Virus record (IMG/VR): IMGVR_UViG_3300044609_000721
Direction: 5' to 3' (one strand)
Length of the DNA: 64,000 bases
Source: a virus
How positions within the stretch are numbered: position 1 is the stretch's first letter; every line of letters starts with the position of its first letter. Position numbers and translations under genes: made by a program. Under the pieces are notes generated by a model. It worked only from the letters and a program-made list of their open reading frames with translations, was not told the DNA's origin and ran no database searches. Below are positions 47,305 through 54,853 of this stretch, piece after piece.

Positions 47305-47598
47305 ATGCATTATTATAGACACAATAGGTATCATAGATACCCCTACTATAGGAGATATTATAGTCATTATCCTTACTACTATAGAAGATATTATGACCCA
47401 TATTATAGATACATGAATAATGCAATTGATAGTGATATCGTAAATATTGATGATGATATTGTCATCTATAGCAATACTCAAAGTAAGGTTGAAGTTTCAG
47501 AAGAACATAAACCAAAGGAAATCGTTATGGAAGTGAATGAAGAAGAGGAAGATGATGATATATCTAATATCGAACCCTCTCGTCTAATTCTTCTATAG
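47305..47598 (+). CDS. Tyr/Arg/His-rich N-terminus with acidic C-terminus (97 aa)
   Basis: AGGAGA SD; MHYYRHNRYHRYPYYRRYYSHYPYYYRRYYDPYYRY then D/E-rich tail. Confidence 0.75.
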   Translation: MHYYRHNRYHRYPYYRRYYSHYPYYYRRYYDPYYRYMNNAIDSDIVNIDDDIVIYSNTQSKVEVSEEHKPKEIVMEVNEEEEDDDISNIEPSRLILL

Positions 47599-47602
47599 CA
47601 AT

Positions 47603-47637
47603 AAAAAAGAGTGGTTTTGCCACTCTTTCTTTTTATT
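47603..47637. terminator. Bidirectional terminator closing the plus-strand island
   Basis: AAAGAGTGG-TTTTG-CCACTCTTT with flanking A and T runs. Confidence 0.8.
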
Positions 47638-47918
47638 TAATTTTCTTCTTCTACAGTATTACAATCTTGTTGGTAAGCTTTCTCAAGATCTTTAGATTCT
47701 CTTGTATCAACAACAACCCATTCCTTTTTAATATCAAGATAGGTTTCCCAGATTGGTACACCGTCAGATTCCATTCGTCTGTATAGTCTACCTTGATACG
47801 GTGAGAAATATTGCCCAGAGAAGTGACGTGCAACTTCTAGTTTAGGATTCTTTAATTGTTCTAAAGTTTGCTGAAGATTAGCAATCTGTTCTTCAATTTG
47901 TTCAATAGTTAATGACAT
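47637..47918 (-). CDS. Hypothetical protein (93 aa)
   Basis: ORF. Confidence 0.6.
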   Translation of the reverse strand: MSLTIEQIEEQIANLQQTLEQLKNPKLEVARHFSGQYFSPYQGRLYRRMESDGVPIWETYLDIKKEWVVVDTRESKDLEKAYQQDCNTVEEEN

Positions 47919-47927
47919 AATTTTTAA

Positions 47928-48392
47928 TTAGGTGAAAACGGCTAGTCCAGTTATATCATCATATGAAAGTTGATCAGTAAAACTAATTGTATCTGATCCG
48001 ATAATTAGATCTTCATCAGATTTAACAAGTTCTACAAGACTCATAAAATAATCTTCAACTTCATGCAAATCACTTCCACTTGAAAGTTCCCATGCTTTTT
48101 CGAAAATCTTATCTGCTTTTGGGTGATTTGTCATAGAATACTTAGAGATTAGATCTCTGCGAAACTCATTCTGTAGTTTAACAATTTCACCATGATAATG
48201 TTTCAGATGAGCATTATATGATATTTCATCTAAAACATATTCTTCCACACATCCATTAGGTGCTTGAAAATCCTCATCAAATTGTCTTTTCATTCCTACC
48301 ATTACGCCCTTTCGGTAATAGTAAATAGTCATATAATCGTCCTTTTTCGGTATTGATACCGATGTCTTTTGATAATATGAATAGGGTTTCAT
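47928..48392 (-). CDS. Hypothetical protein (154 aa)
   Basis: ORF downstream of a TTGCTG-17-TATACT promoter (48456-48484). Confidence 0.65.
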   Translation of the reverse strand: MKPYSYYQKTSVSIPKKDDYMTIYYYRKGVMVGMKRQFDEDFQAPNGCVEEYVLDEISYNAHLKHYHGEIVKLQNEFRRDLISKYSMTNHPKADKIFEKAWELSSGSDLHEVEDYFMSLVELVKSDEDLIIGSDTISFTDQLSYDDITGLAVFT

Positions 48393-48562
48393 TAGGTTTT
48401 ACTGTATAGTGCAGCAAGACTCTGGGCGCTAGGGGGCTGCCCTTGTCTTGAATATAGTATAGCAGACCTTAGTATATACAGCAAGGGTTTTGCGGCACTC
48501 TGCAGCACCTATATGTAATGTTCGCATATACCCGTCAGGGATCCATGACAGGCATTGTTAAA

Positions 48563-49588
48563 TTATCTTACATGATGTCCCCCAAACATGTAACGCATTC
48601 CGTTCAGGATTTTTGCTCCGAAGGATCCGAGATTTCGTGAGTTAAATCTTTCAAAAAGGGCAGTAGTAATAACAGGAGCGGGAACCCCCAGATCCACAGC
48701 GGCAGAAACAGTCCAACGACCCTCACCACTGTCGGATACGCCTCCAGAGAACTGTTTAAGGCTACCATCCCTGCGTAGCACATCAGCAGTAAGATCGAGT
48801 AACCAAGACCCAACCACGCTACCACGACGCCATAACTCAGCAACCTCAGCAACGTCAATATCATAGCAATAGGATTCTGGGTCTGCCATTGGAGCAACTT
48901 CAGCATCACCTTCTCTGACATATTGAGCACCCATATTAGCGTTCTTGATAATGTTAAATCCTTCTGCGTATGCCTGCATCATACCATACTCAATGCCATT
49001 GTGAACCATCTTTACAAAGTGTCCTGCACCTGGACCACCACAATGCAACCAACCAAACTCAGCAGAAGTTACATCCGAGTCAAACTGAGTCCTCTTGGCA
49101 GCACTGATTCCTGGGGCAAGTGCATCAAATATCTTTGCACAAGTGGCGACTGCAATATTTCCACCGCCAACCATAAGACAGTATCCACGATCCAAACCAT
49201 AAACACCACCGCTAGTGCCACAATCAATATATTGGACACCAAGTTTTGCCAGACGTTCTGCTCTCTTCCGACTGTCCTTAAAATTGCTATTGCCATGATC
49301 AATAATAATATCTCCTTCACCACAATATCGTAGTAACTCATTGATCGTCTCCTCTACTGTTTCTGCTGGCACAACCATCTGAAAGATTCCTGGTTGTTGT
49401 CCATCTTTTTTTACTATCTTAACAAGATTTTCAATAGTAGTTGCAACTCCATTCACATATCCTTTCTCATATGCTTCACTTGCCTTTTCATAATTCCTAC
49501 GATAACCCCAGACTTCTATTCCTGCCTTCATCATACGACGAGACATTCCTTCACCCATGCGGCCCAGTCCGATCAATCCAACTCTCAT
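48563..49588 (-). CDS. gnd: 6-phosphogluconate dehydrogenase (short form)
   Basis: GLIGLGRMG, IIIDHGNS, DCGTSGG..G, GAGHFVKMVHNGIEYG.MQAYAEG, DSGEGRWT. Confidence 0.96.
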   Translation of the reverse strand: MRVGLIGLGRMGEGMSRRMMKAGIEVWGYRRNYEKASEAYEKGYVNGVATTIENLVKIVKKDGQQPGIFQMVVPAETVEETINELLRYCGEGDIIIDHGNSNFKDSRKRAERLAKLGVQYIDCGTSGGVYGLDRGYCLMVGGGNIAVATCAKIFDALAPGISAAKRTQFDSDVTSAEFGWLHCGGPGAGHFVKMVHNGIEYGMMQAYAEGFNIIKNANMGAQYVREGDAEVAPMADPESYCYDIDVAEVAELWRRGSVVGSWLLDLTADVLRRDGSLKQFSGGVSDSGEGRWTVSAAVDLGVPAPVITTALFERFNSRNLGSFGAKILNGMRYMFGGHHVR

Positions 49589-49791
49589 TTTTCCCAATCC
49601 TCGTAAATTTTTCTGAAGTACATATCCACTTTTGTCAAACTATCTAAGTGAATGTCACAAACATAATTATGATCATCACACCACTGAAGTGCAATAGCAT
49701 GAAACTTTTCTTCACTTATGACTCTCTTTACACCATACAATCTGGCGAATGATGACATTACAAAATGCCAACACTGATCTTGTGATTTCAT
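49585..49791 (-). CDS. Hypothetical protein (68 aa)
   Basis: ORF overlapping the gnd start by 4 nt. Confidence 0.6.
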   Translation of the reverse strand: MKSQDQCWHFVMSSFARLYGVKRVISEEKFHAIALQWCDDHNYVCDIHLDSLTKVDMYFRKIYEDWEK

Positions 49792-49852
49792 TTTTCTAAC
49801 TAATTATAATGAGTTCTTTCTAAGATGTTATTTTCTGTTATGAATTGACAAC

Positions 49853-49877
49853 AAAAAAGGAGTCCCGAAGGACTCCT
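49853..49877 (-). terminator. psbA terminator with cUUCGg tetraloop
   Basis: AGGAGTCC-TTCG-GGACTCCT + T6 on minus strand. Confidence 0.85.
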
Positions 49878-49898
49878 AAGTTTACTATGAGTAAGAGA

Positions 49899-50978
49899 TC
49901 AACCGATTGCAGGTGCGGTGAGTGCCACAGGGGTCATCTCAGCAGCAGCAAGGTCAAGAGGGAAGTTGTGAGCATTACGTTCATGCATCACTTCCATACC
50001 CAGACCACCACGATTCAGGATGTCTGCCCAAGTAGGAATAACACGGTTCTGACTATCAACAATCGACTGGTTAAAGTTGAAACCATTCAAGTTGAATGCC
50101 ATAGTGCTAACGCCCAGAGCAGTAAACCAAATACCAACAACAGGCCAAGCAGCAAGGAAAAAGTGAAGACTGCGACTGTTGTTGAAGCTTGCATACTGGA
50201 AAATGAGTCGTCCAAAGTATCCATGAGCAGCGACAATGTTGTAGGTTTCTTCTTCTTGTCCGAACTTGTATCCATAGTTCTGGGACTCAGTTTCTGTCGT
50301 CTCACGTACAAGACTAGAGGTGACAAGAGATCCGTGCATAGCAGAGAAAAGAGAACCACCGAAGACACCAGCAACTCCCAACATGTGGAAAGGATGCATG
50401 AGAATGTTGTGTTCTGCCTGGAAAACAAGCATGTAGTTGAAAGTTCCCGAAATCCCCAGAGGCATTGCATCAGAGAAGGATCCTTGACCGAAGGGATAGA
50501 CCAGGAACACTGCAGAAGCAGCAGCAACGGGTGCAGAGTAGGCAACACAAATCCAAGGACGCATACCGAGTCGGTAAGAAAGTTCCCATTCGCGTCCCAT
50601 GTAAGCATAGATACCGATCAGAAAGTGGAAGACGACCAGTTGGAATGGTCCACCATTATATAGCCATTCATCAAGAGAAGCAGCTTCCCAGATGGGATAG
50701 AAGTGAAGACCGATAGCGTTGCTTGAAGGAACTACAGCACCAGAGATGATGTTGTTTCCGTACATTAGAGAACCCGCAACAGGTTCACGAATTCCATCGA
50801 TATCGACGGGAGGTGCAGCAATGAAGGCAACGATGAAACAGATAGTAGCAGCGAGAAGGGTAGGAATCATCAGGGTTCCGAACCAACCGACATAAAGACG
50901 ATTGTTGGTTGATGTTACCCACTCACAGAACTGTTCCCAAACATTACTTCCACCGCGTTGTGCGATAGTAGCAGTCAT
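49899..50978 (-). CDS. psbA: Photosystem II D1 protein, intron-free
   Basis: [13 protein letters not shown]...[10 protein letters not shown]...[13 protein letters not shown], with C-terminal extension. Confidence 0.99.
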   Translation of the reverse strand: MTATIAQRGGSNVWEQFCEWVTSTNNRLYVGWFGTLMIPTLLAATICFIVAFIAAPPVDIDGIREPVAGSLMYGNNIISGAVVPSSNAIGLHFYPIWEAASLDEWLYNGGPFQLVVFHFLIGIYAYMGREWELSYRLGMRPWICVAYSAPVAAASAVFLVYPFGQGSFSDAMPLGISGTFNYMLVFQAEHNILMHPFHMLGVAGVFGGSLFSAMHGSLVTSSLVRETTETESQNYGYKFGQEEETYNIVAAHGYFGRLIFQYASFNNSRSLHFFLAAWPVVGIWFTALGVSTMAFNLNGFNFNQSIVDSQNRVIPTWADILNRGGLGMEVMHERNAHNFPLDLAAAEMTPVALTAPAIG

Positions 50979-51046
50979 AGTTAGTACTCCGAGTAGTGGT
51001 TATGAATGTGAAGAAATGTTTCCATTCCTTAACACTTATTTATAAT

Positions 51047-51070
51047 AGCATGGTCGGTTAACCGTGTCAA
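51047..51070 (-). promoter_or_regulatory. psbA dual promoter: TTGACA-17-TATTAT overlapping late TATAAATA
   Basis: ttgacacggttaaccgaccatgctattataaataag on minus strand. Confidence 0.8.
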
Positions 51071-51115
51071 GTGGTTCGGGCAAGAAAAAAGGAGTCCCTT
51101 GAGACTCCTTTGAGA

Positions 51116-51625
51116 TTATGCGATACCAGTGAGACTAGTTAGATAATTCAACATAGTTTGAGGATCAGTAACTTCATACGGATCATCATCAGCGTTGTCT
51201 CGTTTATTGGGTTCTTCAAACACTTTAATGATATTTTGATTATCAATCAAAGCAGAATACCGCCAAGACCTCATACCGAATCCCAGATTTGATTTATCAA
51301 CTAGCATTCCCATTCCGTCAGTAAAATCTGCATTGCCATCAGCAACCAGTTTAACTTTCCGAACATTCAAATCTTTAGCCCAAGAGTTCATAACGAATGC
51401 ATCATTTACACTGACACAATAGATGTCATCAATACCGTGCTTATTAAATTCATCAAACCTCTCTTCAAATGAAGGAAGTTGCTTAGTGCTACATGTGGGA
51501 GTGAAAGCACCAGGGAGAGAAAATACAATTACTTTTTTATTGGAAAAAAGTACACTAGAATTTTTAGTGACAAATTCACCATCTTCTCTCAGAACAAAAT
51601 TAACGTCAGGAATAATATCAATCAT
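51116..51625 (-). CDS. Peroxiredoxin (Prx5/Redoxin type)
   Basis: VFSLPGAFTPTCS..QLP, IYCVSVNDAFVM..W, DGNADFT..MG, RSWRYS. Confidence 0.92.
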   Translation of the reverse strand: MIDIIPDVNFVLREDGEFVTKNSSVLFSNKKVIVFSLPGAFTPTCSTKQLPSFEERFDEFNKHGIDDIYCVSVNDAFVMNSWAKDLNVRKVKLVADGNADFTDGMGMLVDKSNLGFGMRSWRYSALIDNQNIIKVFEEPNKRDNADDDPYEVTDPQTMLNYLTSLTGIA

Positions 51626-51707
51626 ATGTTTGGGAAAGTTGATTCAAAGAATGGAATAGTAATACCAAAAAGGAAATGGTAGTAACTGTAAAAATTACTT
51701 CACCCAT
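51618..51707 (-). CDS. Small single-TM peptide (29 aa, MGEVIFTVTTISFLVLLFHSLNQLSQTYD) coupled to hli
   Basis: Manual translation; ATG overlaps the hli stop. Confidence 0.55.
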   Translation of the reverse strand: MGEVIFTVTTISFLVLLFHSLNQLSQTYD

Positions 51708-51916
51708 CACCAGAGACCAGGAATGATTTGCCCAGTAAGAGCATAAGCACCGATAGCAGCAACGAAACCAAGCATGGCAAGACGGCCATTCAGTTTTTCA
51801 GCGCGTTCGTTATGAGTTTCAAATTCGTGATTTTGCATGTCTTCCTCCGTAATGTACATAGTGGGTTCTTTGGCAAACATATTTTGTTGACCAAATTCAT
51901 TGGTAGTAACCGTCAT
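51707..51916 (-). CDS. hli: High-light-inducible protein
   Basis: AEKLNGRLAMLGFVAAIGAY..TGQIIPG. Confidence 0.95.
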   Translation of the reverse strand: MTVTTNEFGQQNMFAKEPTMYITEEDMQNHEFETHNERAEKLNGRLAMLGFVAAIGAYALTGQIIPGLW

Positions 51917-51950
51917 GTTAAGTTTTATAACAGTCTACATTATATAGTCT

Positions 51951-52196
51951 TCAGTCAAGATTTGTCAAGACTTCCTTGACCAGATTGATGACTGGTTGTT
52001 GGCGATCGTATCCTTTGAGACTACCACGTTTCATGATAGGTTCTCCATTCAGGGGAGAGGGTTCATAGACCTCATATTCATAATTGTGTTTTGTAGTAAG
52101 ACCCTTACCAGTGGCATTCCAGATACGAATCTCTGCAAGTTGTTTGCCTCCGATAGTCATACCGTAGGGTTCAAGTTCAACTTTAACGCGAAGCAT
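51951..52196 (-). CDS. Hypothetical protein (81 aa)
   Basis: ORF. Confidence 0.6.
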   Translation of the reverse strand: MLRVKVELEPYGMTIGGKQLAEIRIWNATGKGLTTKHNYEYEVYEPSPLNGEPIMKRGSLKGYDRQQPVINLVKEVLTNLD

Positions 52197-52198
52197 AA

Positions 52199-52405
52199 TT
52201 AATCTCTTGGTTTAGGTTTGCTACATTCAATACAGTAGTAGGAGAACCCACTACGAAAACACTTTACCACTTGGTAGTGGTCCTTGTCAAGGGGTTTCTC
52301 GGTGTGGCACTTGGAGCACTGTCTAGTCCCACCACCAGCAGAGGTTTGTGAGGGTGGTGAGAAACTGCTCATGATAGACCGTGCGGCTTGGATTAGGTTT
52401 ACCAT
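52199..52405 (-). CDS. Small CxxC...CxxC zinc-finger-like protein
   Basis: RQCSKC..EKPL...YYCIEC. Confidence 0.6.
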   Translation of the reverse strand: MVNLIQAARSIMSSFSPPSQTSAGGGTRQCSKCHTEKPLDKDHYQVVKCFRSGFSYYCIECSKPKPRD

Positions 52406-52904
52406 CTTTCATGTCTTGGAGATACTGGATTATACCACGAACTACTGGGGTATCTTGGAAGTATTCGTGCATTCGGTAACAATCGAACTTCTCAATGTAT
52501 TCTACGAAATCATGTAGAGGATCCGTGTTACGACGGTATCCCCAGATGAATACATCTTCATCTTTGATGCCTTCTTTGTTGACGATATCAAGTTTAACAA
52601 ACTTTTCTCCGTCTTCATTTACTTCTTCTTTTTCTCTATCAAACTTGAAGTGAAGACCATCATAATACTTTTCATGTAGTTCCTCGTCTGGTGCTACACG
52701 AACTCGCTCATTCTTTGCCATGATATATTCCATGCGACCTTTCGCATCCTCGTTAGTCAAACGGAATACAATGTTGCCGATGTAATAATCTACAGGACCA
52801 CCGTAGAGGTGAGAAGATTCTCGTTTTCTGAATGAGAGATGAGTAATCTCAAATCCAGGGTCTTCGTGTTCAGTTTCAACTAATCCTTGAGAAATCATAA
52901 TCAA
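52323..52904 (-). CDS. Hypothetical protein (193 aa)
   Basis: Long ORF ending LCWWWD. Confidence 0.65.
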   Translation of the reverse strand: MIMISQGLVETEHEDPGFEITHLSFRKRESSHLYGGPVDYYIGNIVFRLTNEDAKGRMEYIMAKNERVRVAPDEELHEKYYDGLHFKFDREKEEVNEDGEKFVKLDIVNKEGIKDEDVFIWGYRRNTDPLHDFVEYIEKFDCYRMHEYFQDTPVVRGIIQYLQDMKDGKPNPSRTVYHEQFLTTLTNLCWWWD

Positions 52905-53140
52905 TACCTAGAAGGAATGTCATCATAATGATCCAAATCTTTGCCGTGCTTGATGTGCTCCTTGCGAAGTTTTTTCAAATCTTTCATCATATCTTTGATT
53001 TGTTTGTATGCTTCATCAGCAGTGATCTTATTTCCGATTTCCAAACCAACAATAAGATCTACCTTATCACCGAATCTAGCAAGTGCTCTTTCAAATTCAG
53101 TAAGCGATTCGTAACCCATAATAACCTCCATTTGTTTCAT
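52901..53140 (-). CDS. Conserved hypothetical protein (79 aa)
   Basis: FERALARFGDKV..IVGLE...KI...EAY..IK. Confidence 0.65.
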   Translation of the reverse strand: MKQMEVIMGYESLTEFERALARFGDKVDLIVGLEIGNKITADEAYKQIKDMMKDLKKLRKEHIKHGKDLDHYDDIPSRY

Positions 53141-53211
53141 AGGACTACTGGGAGTTGAACCCAGACTAACCCGTTATAAGCAGGCCGCTCTAACCATTAA
53201 GCTATAGTCCC
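53140..53211 (-). tRNA. trnI: tRNA-Ile(UAU)
   Basis: GGGACTA/TAGTCCT acceptor, GCCTG-CT TAT AA-CGGGT. Confidence 0.85.
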
Positions 53212-53382
53212 CTAATGTATTTGTTGACTTAGCATGTATTCTACTGTGTTAGCAATGTCGTTCATTGCATCACGTAGATCAGGTCTTTGACCCGATTCTT
53301 GTTTAATTATAGGACGATGATTATCCGTAAGGGTCCATCTCCATTGTTGCATGGATTCGGAGTACCAAAGCTTAATGTTCAT
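53212..53382 (-). CDS. Small hypothetical protein (56 aa, MNIKLWYSESMQQWRWTL...), not in the ORF track
   Basis: Manual translation. Confidence 0.6.
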   Translation of the reverse strand: MNIKLWYSESMQQWRWTLTDNHRPIIKQESGQRPDLRDAMNDIANTVEYMLSQQIH

Positions 53383-53527
53383 TCTTTTGGTACTCCAGTC
53401 GTATCCAATTAATCAGTGCATTAACTTCCATCCTTTTCTCTTCGGAGAAGTCTGAACTTTTATTGAAAAGATAAAAATCTAATGCTTCAATAGCAAGATC
53501 TCTATCTTTCTGTGATATGAGTGACAT
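53372..53527 (-). CDS. Small hypothetical protein (start MSLISQKDR)
   Basis: The longer call runs into tRNA-Gly. Confidence 0.55.
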   Translation of the reverse strand: MSLISQKDRDLAIEALDFYLFNKSSDFSEEKRMEVNALINWIRLEYQKNEH

Positions 53528-53548
53528 AATAAATCCCTTACGATGGGA

Positions 53549-53620
53549 AGCGAAATAGGGGACTCGAACCCCTGACATCTAACTTGGAAGGATAGCGTTC
53601 TACCACTGAACTAATTTCGC
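53549..53620 (-). tRNA. trnG: tRNA-Gly(UCC)
   Basis: GCGAAAT/ATTTCGC acceptor, CTATC-CT TCC AA-GTTAG. Confidence 0.9.
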
Positions 53621-53639
53621 ATTTGGATAATATATCCAA

Positions 53640-53711
53640 CTCCCCCACCTCGATTCGAACGAGGAACCTTAGAGTTAACAGCTCTCTGCTCTGCCGTTGA
53701 GCTATAGGGGA
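53640..53711 (-). tRNA. trnN: tRNA-Asn(GUU)
   Basis: TCCCCTA acceptor, GAGAG-CT GTT AA-CTCTA. Confidence 0.92.
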
Positions 53712-53753
53712 ATGATTGGTCTCCTTCTAGGCTATGTGCCTAGCGAGTACCAA

Positions 53754-53835
53754 TGTCGGTAAGAGGACTTGAACCTCCACGAATTACTTCACTGGAACCT
53801 AAACCCAGCGCGTCTACCAATTCCGCCATACCGAC
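53754..53835 (-). tRNA. trnL: tRNA-Leu(UAG)
   Basis: GTCGGTA/TACCGAC acceptor, CTGGG-TT TAG GT-TCCAG, long variable arm. Confidence 0.92.
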
Positions 53836-53838
53836 TTG

Positions 53839-53910
53839 TTCTCTGTCTAGGAATCGAACCCAGTTTCCATGTGTGTTGTCCACCCGTCCTTACCAATAGA
53901 CTACCAGAGG
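53839..53910 (-). pseudogene. tRNA-like element with intact D/T loops and degenerate acceptor and anticodon arms
   Basis: TAGTCTATTGGTAAGGAC and CTGGG-TTCGATT-CCTAG; mismatched CCTCTGG/ACAGAGA; non-canonical anticodon loop. Confidence 0.65.
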
Positions 53911-53911
53911 T

Positions 53912-53986
53912 TGGGAGCGGGAGTTGGAATTGAACCAACTACCTGGAGATTATGAGACTCCTGTGCAACCGTTACACTTCCCCGCT
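53912..53986 (-). tRNA. trnM: tRNA-Met(CAU), elongator-like, CCA encoded
   Basis: AGCGGGG/TCCCGCT acceptor, GGAGT-CT CAT AA-TCTCC. Confidence 0.8.
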
Positions 53987-53997
53987 TTGTTCCCTCC

Positions 53998-54026
53998 ATT
54001 ATATAGGAGGGAATGGAGGATGTCAA
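53998..54026 (-). promoter_or_regulatory. Perfect consensus sigma70 promoter TTGACA-17-TATAAT for the tRNA array
   Basis: -35 at 54021-54026, -10 at 53998-54003. Confidence 0.85.
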
Positions 54027-54029
54027 CCC

Positions 54030-54200
54030 TCCACGCTTGGCTCGCCACTTGCCCTTTGACTGGAGGCAAGAAACCAGGCGGAGAAAGAATTCCCCATCCG
54101 CACCACTTACTTTTTAAAGGAAAAGCAAGAAACCTGAGGGGGTATCCCGACCAGTGCTGTTAACGTCCATCCGTGACGAATGAGGGTCAATTGACTCCAC
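54030..54200 (-). ncRNA. Candidate structured ncRNA with two covarying hairpin repeats (possibly a known cyanophage motif such as manA/wcaG; not verified)
   Basis: GGTTTCTTGC..AAGTGGYG repeats at 54101-54134 and 54043-54075. Confidence 0.55.
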
Positions 54201-54232
54201 CAGTACTTTTAAAGTCTCTCCGTGACTAGACA

Positions 54233-54529
54233 TTAGAATTTAATAATGTCTTCTGCCATTCCACCTCTAACTCCGCTATTGATATAGTTATAAGGAATCT
54301 CATCCACTCCATAATCGTATCCATAATTGAATAGGATACTGTCTCCTTCTGTTTCCCTAGTAACTTTAACGAAACGAGAATTGGTTGTCCAACCCTTAAC
54401 ACGCTCTAGAGTTTCTGTGATTTGTCGAAGAAGATATGGATCTTCATTCTTAGCGCCAAGACTAAGTGCTTCTCGCAATGCATCTTGAGCACGTTCGAGT
54501 TGGTATTTAACGGAATCAGTCATCATCAT
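54233..54529 (-). CDS. Hypothetical protein (probable start MMMTDS)
   Basis: ORF; GGAG SD. Confidence 0.55.
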   Translation of the reverse strand: MMMTDSVKYQLERAQDALREALSLGAKNEDPYLLRQITETLERVKGWTTNSRFVKVTRETEGDSILFNYGYDYGVDEIPYNYINSGVRGGMAEDIIKF

Positions 54530-54761
54530 CTCCTTTAATGTAACATGGAACCCGATCAGGATCCAACCATTTAGTATACTCAAAATCTTCTATGGCAAGA
54601 AAAAGTTGAGTTTCATTGTCACAGAGATACATGTCTCTGTATTTACCAGTGTAGGAATCAACTTTCTGAATCCTACAATCGGGTTTCCCATTAACCTCTA
54701 GTGTTCCAACTTGAACATAGCGGTAGGGAAACCGCTCCATAACAACAGTGGGTTTCTTCAT
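54516..54761 (-). CDS. Conserved hypothetical cyanophage protein (81 aa)
   Basis: ERFPYRYV..G....NGKPD.RIQK...YT..Y.DMYLCDN..Q. Confidence 0.7.
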   Translation of the reverse strand: MKKPTVVMERFPYRYVQVGTLEVNGKPDCRIQKVDSYTGKYRDMYLCDNETQLFLAIEDFEYTKWLDPDRVPCYIKGDDDD

Positions 54762-54779
54762 AATGAATAGTTCAAAAGG

Positions 54780-54853
54780 CGTCTCAGGAGGGACTTGAAC
54801 CCCCGACCAACTGCTTAGAAGGCAGATGCTCTATCCAACTGAGCTACTGAGAC
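54780..54853 (-). tRNA. trnR: tRNA-Arg(UCU)
   Basis: GTCTCAG/CTGAGAC acceptor, TCTGC-CT TCT AA-GCAGT. Confidence 0.93.

Noticed and set aside
49845-50663. 272-aa plus-strand ORF and other frames over psbA
   Set aside because: Antisense or alternate-frame shadows caused by psbA's biased codon usage.
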